The notes: generated by a model from the letters alone, not told the origin. Shown: positions 26,001 to 37,000, counted from the first letter of the stretch. The stretch: 55,660 nt of DNA from a virus (IMGVR_UViG_3300031578_006468:1-55660), one strand, 5' to 3'. Numbers and translations are program-made.

Positions 26001-28997
26001 ATATTATATTCTAACAAAGATACTTCTGACCCAGTAGAAGCATTTCTTCTGACTGAGGGTGAAACGGAGCTTAGTACAGAATTTGAAGGACAAAACTACG
26101 ATTATCCATTCAACTGGATTAAAATGGATACAGATAGAGCAACCTCTTACATAATAGATGGTGGTTTTTATCAATTATGTAATCCTCTGGGAAGCCAGCA
26201 ATATTGTAAATCTAAATCTAAATTTCATTTTTATGGTGATTTTGATTTTTATATTAATTATGATCTAGGCACTACTCAAGTTACATCAAACAGTTGGAAT
26301 CTTAATATACAGCTGGAAGACATATATAGTGAGGATAGGAATATTAAGTTTATGAGGGGTTTTGATAGTGGAAATAGTAGGTATAAAGTTGATGTTAGGG
26401 ATGGTAGTCCTACTTGGACAAGTAAATATATTCTTAATAGTAATGATGCGCGGGGAACAATTAGGGTTGTTAGAAAAGGTTCAATATTTACATTTTATTT
26501 AAAAAATATAGATGAGGATGTATCTGAATTTGTTTTGTTATTTAGTTACCAATTTTCAAGTACATCTCTAGCTAAAGAGATGCAGCTTTATTTGGGCCTA
26601 GTTAGTGACACCAGCACGTATCCTAGAGTAGGGGCTTGGTGGAATAGTTTTGTAGTCAATTCTGCTGCACCAGTCTATAGTGATTACACAGATGCTAGAT
26701 GGTTGAGAGTAAAATTGTATAATGGTGATGGAGTTACTCGTACTATAAATAGTCTTGGTATATACCCAGATGTTTCTGTACAAAGAACTGAAGCTGGTCA
26801 ATATAATACTTATTGGGAAAGTCTAGGTACAGCTATAACAAGCTATGATAGTGCTGAAAATATAGCCCTAGGTGCTACTGTAAGTGGATCTAGTTATGTT
26901 GGTACTATGTTTCCTAGTAATGCCGTAAATGGGATAACAGCAAGTGGTGAGTTGGGCGATTGCTGGGGCGCTGATGAAGAAGCACATCCATGGCTAAATG
27001 TGTATTTTAACCAAATAGAATCTATATTTAGATTTAAAATATATCATGGATTTAATACAAGTGAGTCTGATAATCTGATACTTGACTATAGGATACAAAC
27101 TTCATTGGATGGGGTTTCTTTTACGACTATATTTGATATTAATGGTAATAGCAGTTTTTCTAGAACTCACGATTTGACTACTCCAGTACAAGCAAAGGTA
27201 GTAAGGTTTTATGTGGATTCCTATAAATCTAGAGATAGATATGTGTGGGCCGGAGAAGATGGATTTAAGTTTTGGAGTGGGGCAGTTTTAAGAGAGATAG
27301 AGATATATAAATATTATGGTTTTACAAGTATAAACAGTGAAGATTCTCCAATTATTGCAATAGATTTACAACAACCATATTTTATAAGTTCTCATTCGTT
27401 GATAGGAATAAATACTGAAAATACAACAACTGATTGGTCTAATAGTGATTCTAATTTTGCCTGGTCTAACAGTAATTTAGACGATCCACATAAAGTAACT
27501 TTTGGTGAGTGGTCCGCAGACCCTGGATATGCAAAATGGGCTGTAATTATGAGAAATACGGCTACTAAATTTCCTACTACTTCTGACGCCAAAGACTATT
27601 TAAAACACGTTGTTATAAAGGCTTCACCAGACGAGTCTGGTAGAAAGCCTAACCCAGTAGAATACCCATGGATGTGGCGATCTAATGTAAGTACTTTGAG
27701 CTATGATTATGGTACTATAACAGATGGTGATGTAAATAGGTCATTGAGGATAGATTATCCGGCCGGAATAGCTGCTGAGCATGTTAGGTTTATTGAGGGC
27801 GATCATTTTGATATAGATACTTCTGCTTCTTGGCGTGATGGTTTCGGTTTTAAATTATATGTTGATAATCTAGATAATTTAGATTTGAGTTATGGTTATT
27901 TTTATTTTGGCGGAAAAGATTATACATCTGGAAATTATCCAGTTGTTTATAGATGGAATATGACTACTTTTAGTGGAAGCTTAGTTAATGGGTGGAACAA
28001 CTTAAATTTAACTTTCTTATATGCAGATGACATTGTTTATACTGAACTTAGTGCACAGGATGGTAGAGATCCTAGAAGATTATACACTATAGATTGGGGT
28101 ACTATAGGTTTTATTTTTAGAGGTGTTGGGAATAATCTAAGACTTAACTTTGAAGAGTTTTATATAAAAAGAAATCATTTTGAGCACGGGAGTGCACCAG
28201 ATCAAAGAGGCCTATACCTACATACTACAGATATTATGAAAGTACATGTTGGTGAATTAGATTTTCATTCTGGCACAATAGAGTTTTGGATAAGGCCTGA
28301 TTGGAATTGGGATGGTAGGGATATATTTAATGATTTTAAATTTAGGACGTTGTTCCATTTTGGAAACGTAGCTAACGATATATTTGGTGCAGCAGTTTCT
28401 TCAAGAGGTTTAGAGGTTTATTACGGGAATTTGTTAAATGATTTTAATTTATTCATAGTTAGTGGATTTGGTTTTAATTCTATAGATAGGTCTTTTCATA
28501 TGGCTTTTGTTTTTTCAAACGATGGCACTAGAATAGGATCAGATGCTAGTACAATAAGGGTTTATATTAATAACTATCTTTTTGCAAAAAGTACTAATAC
28601 TTGGAGTGTCAGTGATGATAAACATTTTAATTTTGTTCTAGGAGGTCAAGGACTTCTGGCTCAAAAAACACAAGGATTTGACCCAACAGCTTCATCTATG
28701 GATGCAGTTGTTAGTAGGTTAAAAATATATAATTACTGTAAAACTGATTTTTCAGATTCTACATATGGTTCAATAGTTACACAAAGACGTTTAAGCAAAC
28801 CAAGTGATTTTATAGAGATATCTAAAGATAATGTAACCTTTTATAAGGTAGGAAGCACTGAGCTACCCTTCTTTTTTGAACAGGTTCCAGTAAACGATGA
28901 AATTCCTATATGGGTTAAAGTTAGATTACCTGAAAACTTAATTGGCGCTGAGAAACGTACTTCTAAAATACTAGGTAGTTGGGACGTGGGAGTTTAA
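20019..28997 (+). CDS. Giant multi-lectin fibre/adhesin-like virion protein (2992 aa)
   Basis: N-terminal CBM-like domain (DGEWHTYFINL...W.G....LRIYP), F5/8-type discoidin (ENIALGATVSGSS...PSNAVNG...IQTSLDG), and two LamG/ConA-like domains (FTIDFYIKF...WYHF...DGWLREVRVS; SGTIEFWIRPDW...IRVYIN). Confidence 0.7.
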   Translation: MSYNVLNFDGKVVSSNRCLHDSNIGYEVDFSVNGEVDGWVYFNGIHTYGCWNNFLFGTLYDTQAVIGRHEPFVPTAADSFYVIRLVMKLVLKERVGVQIVPSTGRVAWRTLSNPLWANDKQYDFEIFNDGEWHTYFINLAGEQWWQGDVNDLRIYPILENGVSGDEFYIRTLEIISTENYKCLKVSCDYYDYYTQDCGGIGERGYCKSRQLPAYTDQGNVFSFAETKLYSVVEGVNDTLLVNINGYGLENIVLEPISSCSGNRMARILTKEISKLDVGGYAECDVEYTDMGEFIIYSGVYADDSTVSIGDTQLARDLSFFDDTGTYIFTRQSGRYPASGFIPYSSFKIKSHQIQTLLDSSSDTEFYFNPFIYNVEGGRRDWLNMGLGAPTKDMRASVNDDSGLVNRYYNQINNAGKTIIDFTHPFNASGRITKIYAAVTLDTFTSGDWEQRDTYDENRKETQLSTAKIMFFRPKKDGSIRVLPFELDILDRNHTAGKLYSAVQEYVEMDCDIFVNKGDLIGIYNANVYKGRSISGKEVDALYYHINGKAVGVLDLDTPTGQGSGGLLLYACSEQKQNRLVLDVDLGKRVNVRSVKIDGESTEEFLDYNIARCLDMDWEVDLFGGDHTTGYIVTYRPLVKAYYNHPNLYYGKNCLNDGIKVVSDGISADSFSVNYGNSESGYYNVLHQKDGGKGVVPVGAKYFQVNGDCEWIGVYLHAGKSGPFVMPDFQDDPIAFTIFFPFGKEKLIYKSKIYFKERYNFRSFGLSTYKGSYYVNGNADDPRFEYIPYRTDGTNTPWTRISLDGLDYFPEDVNAWADLNLYLADNPCKGHVEIETVRVDIHKYDYALDYFSDYAYEFSSTIRITNNDQFTQATAVDWNTLEHQWEPLPTSGFRFYCNHHQSTKICEFEVFCVAENIESSIAGSIDVAFSSYGDYWWPTKYSSTRNSITAFIGDTPRYINIVVKPITEINLKDIFIDVSYEDVFMGDKGCQYSFFPEETKLGVDNLPQLVNFKNVYGKPHNLFVDIVNNLLLDSGAVFFSKMNSGLSIVNPEIGADAYYKKQPNYPVLNYESNVAINCPVYSLKNLAVGAEAWFSHNKEYSWRYWGQLVDGKDINFSNVPNTRITTMNVPTLIRSKWWKVGVFDPRVSSKIREMRIYFQGEEILGVNFYHSKGQDAYNYPNEDTAVHLNNILVDGSYYVMTGNQYIGFELPSIQSFDQIVMYHDSLLEYENSHAKAGVDSSTMLLIQGDGDTYQTNTIVDYSYYEHAVSIVGNGIYCDEEVYDVGNYTFNRTFDSSEAEIVSDDFTTFSGTIWTSLINTTIVDGKLNVTNNTQAGQAVTNDYFYDNFDVTIDLNIEGIIDDEGWACQMELVTASGTKARVGRKYTSDNTVQLFFSSVFDGIIWEELETYITNDFYALKLRILRDGLITYFYGWDNDVFWIFLGSSEVLGTSPVKVRLVSDYIAPTSGVTTARFDNFYLINTARWHEESNYGSTFTCVSGTYPNGWAYYYDIGCSNRSNDSGYKTPKVFEVQDYPIDHKYTFNMEFVLNVDNFKNSSGTELDYYSDIGIAVGIFGHHIATYGYFPYQRYFTGAQVYFCPTRVGIAIKNDWNNLSETYVALEPRDGPYYCRFTGDGNGNYSCYVWTDALDGANQVANFSLTSSYFWQGVRVGIGSCYSYVTYTAVPHALGWISDLNFTCNKVLGTVFGQSAIRFNAVPDEKILVDYDNNPNCNIFKDGFDFDTKRFTIDFYIKFATLLNDSSFTPIHIIKSWHEDQIFSVGTPIQYPSSWIFTIERTDYLTYYWRFYVNVGGYCRRVVNYSFTPEMHRWYHFYLCRGPANGQIADVVLLRDGHQIFYTNDDTQLAQEILYSGQDVSIGQNLDGWLREVRVSSDYTLGGGRCETSNTNYFTTAKSIPTAPYEHYYTLSFFESTDNIHYGKVMDVDVLFDNSYSYHEEFSVWSENYYSYFAIDLGQRFNLGLVRSYPVDTALAFSINSNILYSNKDTSDPVEAFLLTEGETELSTEFEGQNYDYPFNWIKMDTDRATSYIIDGGFYQLCNPLGSQQYCKSKSKFHFYGDFDFYINYDLGTTQVTSNSWNLNIQLEDIYSEDRNIKFMRGFDSGNSRYKVDVRDGSPTWTSKYILNSNDARGTIRVVRKGSIFTFYLKNIDEDVSEFVLLFSYQFSSTSLAKEMQLYLGLVSDTSTYPRVGAWWNSFVVNSAAPVYSDYTDARWLRVKLYNGDGVTRTINSLGIYPDVSVQRTEAGQYNTYWESLGTAITSYDSAENIALGATVSGSSYVGTMFPSNAVNGITASGELGDCWGADEEAHPWLNVYFNQIESIFRFKIYHGFNTSESDNLILDYRIQTSLDGVSFTTIFDINGNSSFSRTHDLTTPVQAKVVRFYVDSYKSRDRYVWAGEDGFKFWSGAVLREIEIYKYYGFTSINSEDSPIIAIDLQQPYFISSHSLIGINTENTTTDWSNSDSNFAWSNSNLDDPHKVTFGEWSADPGYAKWAVIMRNTATKFPTTSDAKDYLKHVVIKASPDESGRKPNPVEYPWMWRSNVSTLSYDYGTITDGDVNRSLRIDYPAGIAAEHVRFIEGDHFDIDTSASWRDGFGFKLYVDNLDNLDLSYGYFYFGGKDYTSGNYPVVYRWNMTTFSGSLVNGWNNLNLTFLYADDIVYTELSAQDGRDPRRLYTIDWGTIGFIFRGVGNNLRLNFEEFYIKRNHFEHGSAPDQRGLYLHTTDIMKVHVGELDFHSGTIEFWIRPDWNWDGRDIFNDFKFRTLFHFGNVANDIFGAAVSSRGLEVYYGNLLNDFNLFIVSGFGFNSIDRSFHMAFVFSNDGTRIGSDASTIRVYINNYLFAKSTNTWSVSDDKHFNFVLGGQGLLAQKTQGFDPTASSMDAVVSRLKIYNYCKTDFSDSTYGSIVTQRRLSKPSDFIEISKDNVTFYKVGSTELPFFFEQVPVNDEIPIWVKVRLPENLIGAEKRTSKILGSWDVGV

Positions 28998-28998
28998 T

Positions 28999-31941
28999 AT
29001 GAAATATAATGTTTTAGAAGGAGCTATTTGGTCATTAGATACTGTTAGTGGAACAAAGGATCTAGGCTTTTATGATATACATAGGTTGGCAGAATATGGA
29101 AATATTCCTATTACCACCTTAAGTGGGTCTGACATACTCATTATGGATTTTGATTTTGGTAGGAGGATACATCTTGATAGGTTTGAATACAAGTTTTACT
29201 CAGATACCCCCACACCATCAGATCTAGAGTTTTACTATAAGGAAGAGAATTTTGAAGATTTTACTCAGTTACCTACCTTAGTTTCTGGTACTAATACCTT
29301 TTTTACAACCATTTCTGGAGCTATTTTTGCCCCTAGATATTTTAGATTTAAACATACCGTCACTTCTTCTGGAACACTGTATGGTTTTAGGGCCTTAAAT
29401 GATGATAGTGTTGTTGATTTTGGAGAAACAGGCCTAGCTAGTTCAGAATCCATTGAGGTGGCCCGCGGCGGCGATGAATATATATCTACAGTTCCAATAT
29501 ACAACAGTAGTAATGTTATTGCTAATGCTTTTGTTACATTAGAGGCTGATTCAACTGAGATATATAATATAACATCTATTTCAGCTAACATAGATGGCCC
29601 TTGGCAAAAAGTCTATTCAGAAAGCGACACGATTTTAGATAAATATAATTACAGTTATGGTATAGCAAACCAAGTACAACTGCATAATGAAAATATTAGG
29701 ATTATTGGCACAGATGTTGATTATGGTGCAGGCTATGTTTCAAGGCTTACTGAGGGTACATATGAGACCCCTATATTTAAACTTGATGGTAATTATAATA
29801 ATATTTTTATTGATAAAGTTGGTGACCATGGTGGTTATTTAAGAGTTGACTTGGAAGATGCATCTGATACTATAGAGATACGTCATAGTGAAGAGGCCCC
29901 GACACCTTACGCCATCTTTAGGGAAATGAGACAGTCTGGTGCTACGGTAGGTTCTGTAGACAGGTGGTTGTACAGTGGTACTCTTAAAGGGTATGGTGCA
30001 CAAATAGGTGTTTCGATGCAGTCAGGTGGATTTACTCACTATAATTTAAGGGTAGATTCAGTAGGAGAACGTTGGGTAGGACATGTTTGTGAAGGATATC
30101 TTACTGGTTATGGTTCAGGAAATAATTGGTTTATTTCTGGGCCACTGGATTCAGCTAATTATTTGGAGATGAACCGCGCCTCATCGTATAATGCAATATT
30201 ACTAACTTGGTATGACTGTAGAATAGTATCTACTGGCGGATTTTGGGTACATTTCTTTAGTGAGGGCGGCAATACAAGTTTACCAGCATATAGGCCTGGG
30301 TACTATTTAATGTACCTAGATGCTGATTTAAATATATTATTTACATGGTATGAAATCAGCCAGCTACCTATTGGAAAATTTGATGCTGATTATGATGATA
30401 AATACTTATGGTATACGTTGCCAGACACAGCAACAGTCGTAAAGCTAAGTAATTCCGGAGAAGTTTTATTAACTTATGTTGATGAAGATATTTTAGGAAA
30501 TGTTGGTGGCATAGCTGTTATGCCTGATAAGGGCATAATGGTGTCTAACGGTAAAGATATACATAGAATTAAAAGTAGTGGGCTTTATTTACCTGAATAT
30601 AGCCTTTATGATGTATCTGATGAAAATATATCATACTTAGTTTTAGATGAAGATGGTAGTGAGGCTGTTTGGATTATAGATGGTTTGTTTGTGGCTAGAT
30701 TATATGTTTCTGGCGAGCATAAGGGAACATATGATTTTAAAATAGAGATGGTTTTTCCAGTTTATTTGGTGCCTACTCCAGATGGTGTGCTAGTATATTG
30801 TGCTGATACTAGTGATTTAGCTAATGGCTCGATGTCTGGATTTATATCTAAAATAAGTAGACGCTTGGAGGTTTACAGGGCCCCAGCATATAATGTTACA
30901 GGATCTTCTCCAGGCATTATATACCAAAAGTATACCGAAGAAAATTATTTATCTAAAACACCTTTAAGTATAGACCCATACTGGAGCAATTTAGAGTGGT
31001 ATAAAATATCTACTGATAATTATATATTTTCTGAAGATCAGTACTACCAAATACGACTTTTACTTAAAGATCAAAAACCAATAGATAGATATCCAGAATT
31101 AATAACTGACCCTACTGTAACCTATGTTAATTCAGATAGTTTTGATAATGGCAACATTAGACCAAGAGATGTTTTTTGGGGCGATTGGAAAAACTATCCG
31201 GCCCTAGATAGAGTTTATGTTGATACTGCTATTAATGATCTTATAATGACTCCTGATTGGACAACATCTACTAATTCATACATATCCACTAAAGATAGGG
31301 TTGTTTTTGGCCTAGCCGCAGCCGGAGTTTTAGATATATTGATTTATTACAAATTTGGTGAAAATGGTGTTGCCACTGGTAGAAATGAAAGATTTTATCT
31401 AGATGCTTACAGTGTTTCTGATGGTTTTGAAGGTGAATGGATAAAGTTCTATTGGAATATACCACATCCATATACCAGTGATAGTAGAGCATACTATAGA
31501 GACTCAGTTGGTAACCCCAGTTATACACAAAGGGTCATCATTTATGATAGTCTAAATCTGTATGACTCGGTATTTAGATTATATATTACTTCAACCCACT
31601 ATAGAATTTATTGGCTTTCTGAGGGTACTTGGGATTATGGTGGTTATGAAATCCCCATCGGAACAAACGATTTAGGTGATTTATTTTATTTTGTATTAAC
31701 TCATTATTCACAAAGCAGCCAAATGGTCGTGAAAAATTTTTATCTAAATCAGGGCTATGCCTATCACTACAAAGATAATCAGTTAATAAAATCAATTAAC
31801 CAGTCTAACTTATTGGAGATCTCTAATATATACCCAAATACTTCAAAAAATGCCTATGTTAAAACGCAAGTTCCAGAAACGTCCAGTGTAGGTTCTGATT
31901 ATAGTGTAGATTTAAAAGTTAATTGGAAGGTGCCAGTTTAA
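28999..31941 (+). CDS. Putative virion protein with discoidin-like N-terminus and beta-propeller region
   Basis: MDFDFGRRIHLDRF...APRYFRFK is discoidin-like. LWYT.PDT.TVVKLS..G...GIAV is NHL/propeller-like. The C-terminal module resembles the end of the 2992-aa protein. Confidence 0.6.
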   Translation: MKYNVLEGAIWSLDTVSGTKDLGFYDIHRLAEYGNIPITTLSGSDILIMDFDFGRRIHLDRFEYKFYSDTPTPSDLEFYYKEENFEDFTQLPTLVSGTNTFFTTISGAIFAPRYFRFKHTVTSSGTLYGFRALNDDSVVDFGETGLASSESIEVARGGDEYISTVPIYNSSNVIANAFVTLEADSTEIYNITSISANIDGPWQKVYSESDTILDKYNYSYGIANQVQLHNENIRIIGTDVDYGAGYVSRLTEGTYETPIFKLDGNYNNIFIDKVGDHGGYLRVDLEDASDTIEIRHSEEAPTPYAIFREMRQSGATVGSVDRWLYSGTLKGYGAQIGVSMQSGGFTHYNLRVDSVGERWVGHVCEGYLTGYGSGNNWFISGPLDSANYLEMNRASSYNAILLTWYDCRIVSTGGFWVHFFSEGGNTSLPAYRPGYYLMYLDADLNILFTWYEISQLPIGKFDADYDDKYLWYTLPDTATVVKLSNSGEVLLTYVDEDILGNVGGIAVMPDKGIMVSNGKDIHRIKSSGLYLPEYSLYDVSDENISYLVLDEDGSEAVWIIDGLFVARLYVSGEHKGTYDFKIEMVFPVYLVPTPDGVLVYCADTSDLANGSMSGFISKISRRLEVYRAPAYNVTGSSPGIIYQKYTEENYLSKTPLSIDPYWSNLEWYKISTDNYIFSEDQYYQIRLLLKDQKPIDRYPELITDPTVTYVNSDSFDNGNIRPRDVFWGDWKNYPALDRVYVDTAINDLIMTPDWTTSTNSYISTKDRVVFGLAAAGVLDILIYYKFGENGVATGRNERFYLDAYSVSDGFEGEWIKFYWNIPHPYTSDSRAYYRDSVGNPSYTQRVIIYDSLNLYDSVFRLYITSTHYRIYWLSEGTWDYGGYEIPIGTNDLGDLFYFVLTHYSQSSQMVVKNFYLNQGYAYHYKDNQLIKSINQSNLLEISNIYPNTSKNAYVKTQVPETSSVGSDYSVDLKVNWKVPV

Positions 31942-34077
31942 ATGCCAGATTATGGAGAGCCTATAATAATATATGATTATATTTACAATAAACCTATTTA
32001 TTACACTGGAGAAGTGGTTGATGGGTCTGATGTTATAGCTAGGTTAGACTTAAATTCTACCAACTTTAATTTTGATTTACTTCAAGATACTGGTATTGAT
32101 TTTAGATTAATTGATAGTAGATATGGACCTTCTACCTTAAAGATGTGGATTGCTTTTTGGCATAAAACCATTATGCAGGCCACTATATTTTTTAAAATAC
32201 CAGATGTTTTTGAGAATAGTATTGACCTTATGGCATATTGGGGAAACGCAGAAGCTCCAGATGTGTCTGACCCAGAAGATTTAGAGTTTATATTCTATGA
32301 GAATTTTAATAGTATTTCACTGGATTCAAGTAAATGGATTCGTTGGAATTATGAGGAAATGCATGTAGATGGTTGGGGGTATAAATTACCATATTCAGAA
32401 AATTATCATTTAACTACAAAAACTTCTCCTTTATCAGGCCACAATTCTTGGAGAGTGGATATTGGTTTATATGGGGATTTTGGCACATCCGTCGACTACG
32501 ACACTGCGTGGGCGATGGCTGATCAAGGACTTGGTATTGTATTTCAAGGTATAGAAAACTCATTTACTATAGAATACATGTATAGTTACAGAATAAATAC
32601 GAATGTAGAGTTAGGAAGTAATAATTTTTCTTATACAGATGTTAATTATATAGGATTAAATTCTTATACGTACCAGGAGTGTAACATATCTTACGAAGAT
32701 TTTGAGGATGTTGTTAAAGTGGCTTGGAGAAACAGATCTAATGGTATGGAGGATACAGAAGTATCTTTATATAGAAAAGTAGAAGGAGATACTAGACTAA
32801 CTAATATAGATTTTTATGGTACTTACATAGGGTATTATCAGTATAGAGGCCCCACCCCAAGCTATGTAAGTTGGATGTGTATAAGGGAGTATGACCAAGT
32901 TACGGCAATTCTAGATGCTCGGGATTTATATATACCATATGAAGCTATTTTGCCAGGTACACAGGATTATAGAGAAGTTTTGCCTGATATAACAAATACT
33001 ATACTTCATCATGAAAGTTCTTTTGGTGGTGATCCATATAGGCTCTCTAATAATAGTTATAGTTCAGATTTTGACGTTTGGATTAGTGATGATAATGCTA
33101 CTCAACAGCCATTAGTTGGGCTTACTATACACACAGCTTGGGCGGATAATAATTTAGTGAGTAAAGGTTATGTACACTATGATTCAAGCCATGTTTACAA
33201 ATATAATGCGTCAAAATTATCAGATAGTGATACTGATAATATGGATAGAAATTTTTGGCATGCTGAGTCTACAAATGCTTGGGCTGCCATTAAATTTCCA
33301 AGTCAACAAATTGTAGGTGCCCTTAGAGTTAAATGCACTTCAGATCAGAATGCTTCCCCAAAGGATTTTATATTATATGGTTCTAACAGCAACCCTATAT
33401 ATAATTATAGCAGTAAAAATAAATTATTAGAAGGTACTTTTGCATATACTACAGATTGGCAATCCTATATTTTAACTAACGTTGGTTATTATAGATACTA
33501 TATATTACATGTTTTAAACACCCAGGGAAATGCTGATATAAAGATTCAAGAATGGCAATTAATGGAAAGTTTAGGCCGGGATAGAAAAAGTTATGTGTCT
33601 CAACTTAGATTGTCTCCGGCAACTTATAGTAATTGGAAATTTAATTTTCCCAAAGAGGTTTCTCTCCAAGGATCAGTAGATAATGTGAACTGGGATAATT
33701 TACTTGATTGGACTTATACATATACCCCGACTGTACAACACTATTATGGACTCGATTATTGGCAGATATTTTCCTTTAATCATAATGAAAAAGGTTATTG
33801 GTCATTTAGACTTTATTGTAGGGGTAATTGGGGAGCTATAGATGGTAGAATAATAATAGGAGAGTGGGAACTGAGAGAATTAGTAGAAGAAGCATATACA
33901 TATAGAATTTTGGCCGGCTCGAATGATATAAGTCAAATATGGGCTACTTCTAGTTGTAAGATCGAAGACACCCATGGTATTATGTTTGCAGCTAATGAGT
34001 ATTTTAACATGGTGTCTAATAATAAATTAATCAGTTATGAGGAGCTTCCAGAATACAATGATTTTAATGTTGTTTAG
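31942..34077 (+). CDS. DUF2341-domain and discoidin-domain virion protein
   Basis: N-terminus L.STNFNF.....G.DFR.ID...LKMWI..W.....IFFKIP....LMAYWGN is DUF2341-like. SPKDFILYGSN...YRYY and FPKEVSLQGS.D...W are F5/8-like. Confidence 0.7.
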   Translation: MPDYGEPIIIYDYIYNKPIYYTGEVVDGSDVIARLDLNSTNFNFDLLQDTGIDFRLIDSRYGPSTLKMWIAFWHKTIMQATIFFKIPDVFENSIDLMAYWGNAEAPDVSDPEDLEFIFYENFNSISLDSSKWIRWNYEEMHVDGWGYKLPYSENYHLTTKTSPLSGHNSWRVDIGLYGDFGTSVDYDTAWAMADQGLGIVFQGIENSFTIEYMYSYRINTNVELGSNNFSYTDVNYIGLNSYTYQECNISYEDFEDVVKVAWRNRSNGMEDTEVSLYRKVEGDTRLTNIDFYGTYIGYYQYRGPTPSYVSWMCIREYDQVTAILDARDLYIPYEAILPGTQDYREVLPDITNTILHHESSFGGDPYRLSNNSYSSDFDVWISDDNATQQPLVGLTIHTAWADNNLVSKGYVHYDSSHVYKYNASKLSDSDTDNMDRNFWHAESTNAWAAIKFPSQQIVGALRVKCTSDQNASPKDFILYGSNSNPIYNYSSKNKLLEGTFAYTTDWQSYILTNVGYYRYYILHVLNTQGNADIKIQEWQLMESLGRDRKSYVSQLRLSPATYSNWKFNFPKEVSLQGSVDNVNWDNLLDWTYTYTPTVQHYYGLDYWQIFSFNHNEKGYWSFRLYCRGNWGAIDGRIIIGEWELRELVEEAYTYRILAGSNDISQIWATSSCKIEDTHGIMFAANEYFNMVSNNKLISYEELPEYNDFNVV

Positions 34078-34088
34078 GAGTATAAACT

Positions 34089-37000
34089 ATGTCAGTTTCT
34101 AGCTTTGTAGAATCTGTTGAATATATAGAATTTAATTTTAATGCTACTGATGCCAGTGTTAGTACAGATCTATCTAAAGGGCAGAATTATGAGAATTGTG
34201 TTCCGTTTTTTACCAGCCATTCACAAGGATATTATTATGATTCTAAATTTATGGATGTTTACTTTTCTGGCACAACTATTTCTGGAGTTCTAAACTGCCG
34301 TAGGTGGAATCAGAGGTCTAATACAGCTACAGTTAAATGTTATATAGTAGAATTTAATTCTACTGAAGTTAGGGTCCAACAAGGCACCTTTGATGTAACA
34401 AGTTCCACAACCGACACTGTAACGCTACCTACAACTATAAGCGGCGGTGTAGGAAAGGCTGCTATGTTACATGCTTGGAGAAGTAGTAGTGATCTCACGT
34501 ACATATCACCTCATGCTGTTAGAGGAAGGATTGTAGATACAACATCTATAGATTTTTATAGAAATAATACTAATGGAAGTTGTGATGGTCATTGGTTTTT
34601 ATTTGAAGATTTGGGTGAAAATTTTAAAGTAACACATAATCAAAGTTCTTTTGGGGCTGATGTAGAGGACTACATATATGCAGATAATACAGTTGTAGAT
34701 CATTTAAGGATGTTTTATTTTATTTCCTACGCTTCTGACTCCGTCTCATATCTTAGTAGAGAATCGTTTAGAGCATATCTTTTAGGCGAAAACGTCATAA
34801 GAATGGATAAATATGACGGTAACTATAATATTTATTATTATTTTCAAGTTTTTGAGTTTTTAGATACAACTAAAGTTTATACCCCATATGAGACCGACAC
34901 GCCACACGCTATTAATGCTAATGAAACTTCTTACCTTAGAGACCTTTCAAGTAACCAAGATAATAGAGTTCCTTTTAGATGGAACCATGAGACTTCTATT
35001 CCAGTTTATGGTGTGTTACAAGGCACCGGCAAAATAAGTACCTCAACTGAAGCATATAAGAACGGATTATTTACATCAATAGAACTTACTACAAGCAGTG
35101 GGGTTCTTTTCGAGCAAGACTCCATACCAGTACTAAATTCTCTTTCAAGTTATGCTATAGTAGATTGGGCAGGTATTGATATTGACCTCGGTACTAATGA
35201 CGATCCAATACCAGAAGGTTATGGTGTAGGAAAATCTTTTGTTAAATCTGTCGAGAATTTTAGATTTACACTAGAAGATTATTTTGGAGCAAAGGCTTTA
35301 TCTAAAGGCCAAGACTGGAGGAATTGTGTTATATTTGCTACTTTTAAATCTGGTGGTGCGACATACCAGTATCCTTCTTTCTATACAGTTTGTGTTTGGT
35401 TTGTAGATCCAGGAATAGTTTGTTTCAAACATTGGTACACAACTGCCTATCATATGTATATAGATGTTAGTGTGGTGGAATTTTGGCCAGATCAGGTTAA
35501 AGTTCAACATAAATTACAGGCTACAAGAGCTACTACTACCAATGTTACTATTGATGAGGTGTCAAATATAGAGAAGTGTTTTTTATTATCTAAAGTATTA
35601 TCTACAGATACTTATACTTATATGTACTATACTGCTACAAGAGTTTCATTTTTGGATGAGTCTACGGTTGAACTTTACAGAGAAGGCATCAATGGTAATT
35701 ATCCACACATGGTATTTTTTTCTGTAGTAGAAGATCTAGGAAATCATTTTGTAACCAAGCATTCTCTTAGAAACTGTGTATCTAGCAATGGGTGGCTGGA
35801 TGAAACATATAACTGGCCTATATACTCAACTTTTCATGTTTTTAGTTTTGCTACTAATTGTCCTTCTCCTTATCCAAGCAGAGGACATGTTAGATCTTAC
35901 TATAATAGAGAGTTTTATCCAGTTTATATGGATAAAAGTGATGGTAATTATTATTTGTATTGTTACGTAACTTTAGTTAAATTTGTGGATAATATGAATC
36001 ATATTCAAATGCTGTCGCCTGCACTAACTGGAGGAAATGACACTTCGTTACTTTATTATTCTACTGATGCTGTAGGGCATGAGAACGCTTTAACAGCTAT
36101 GCTCCCAGCACAGAGCGGTACGACAAGATGTGATACTACATCGGCGGATTATCTGTCTCAAGCCTTTGTGACTATGAGAATAACCGATTATGAAACTAGA
36201 GAAATAGAAGTTTCTAAATATGGTACGGCCGCTAATACCCATGTATATCCACTATTAATAGATTGGATAGGATATGATTATTATACTGATAATAATATAG
36301 TACCAATGACTAGAACAAGATCTGTTATCAATTCTATCCAAAGAGAAGAGTTGTCAGGAACTGGAACACTATGGAATATCTATTTAACTTTAGGTCAAAA
36401 TGTGGCCCAGTGTGTTCCTTTTATAACACGAACTGAGTATTCTTCTTCGCCAGATATGTCAGACCTTTATTTTGCTATATATAGGTATGAATCGCCTGAT
36501 CGATTTATTATGAGATATGGTGGAGCAGCAAATTCAAGTAGGGATATTCTATTAAATATATTTGAATTCTCTGAAGATATAAAAGTACAGTACGGTGATG
36601 GTTATTTCGCTGGTACATCGAAAAATTTTACTATAAATGAGGTAAATACTGAAAGAGCTTTTATAGTTTTTTATACACATACTTTGACTTCAAGTGTATA
36701 TAATAGTCCCATTAAAGTTTGTTCCTACTTCTCTAATTCAACCACAGTTACATTTACTAGATTCAACTCTACCGACTATATATTTATATCTTGGTATATT
36801 ATAGAGTGTACTGAAGAGGATGATTTTTGGAAAGTTCAGCATCTTTATAGAAATAGTGTTGGTGCCGGCACAGATATTTATTCTACCATGGATTATTTTG
36901 CTGATATGGATAGAAGTATTGTGCTGGCCTCTTGGAATACAAATGCGAATGACGACGATCCAGCTAGAAATTTATTTAGAGTTTACCATAGACAGGATGA

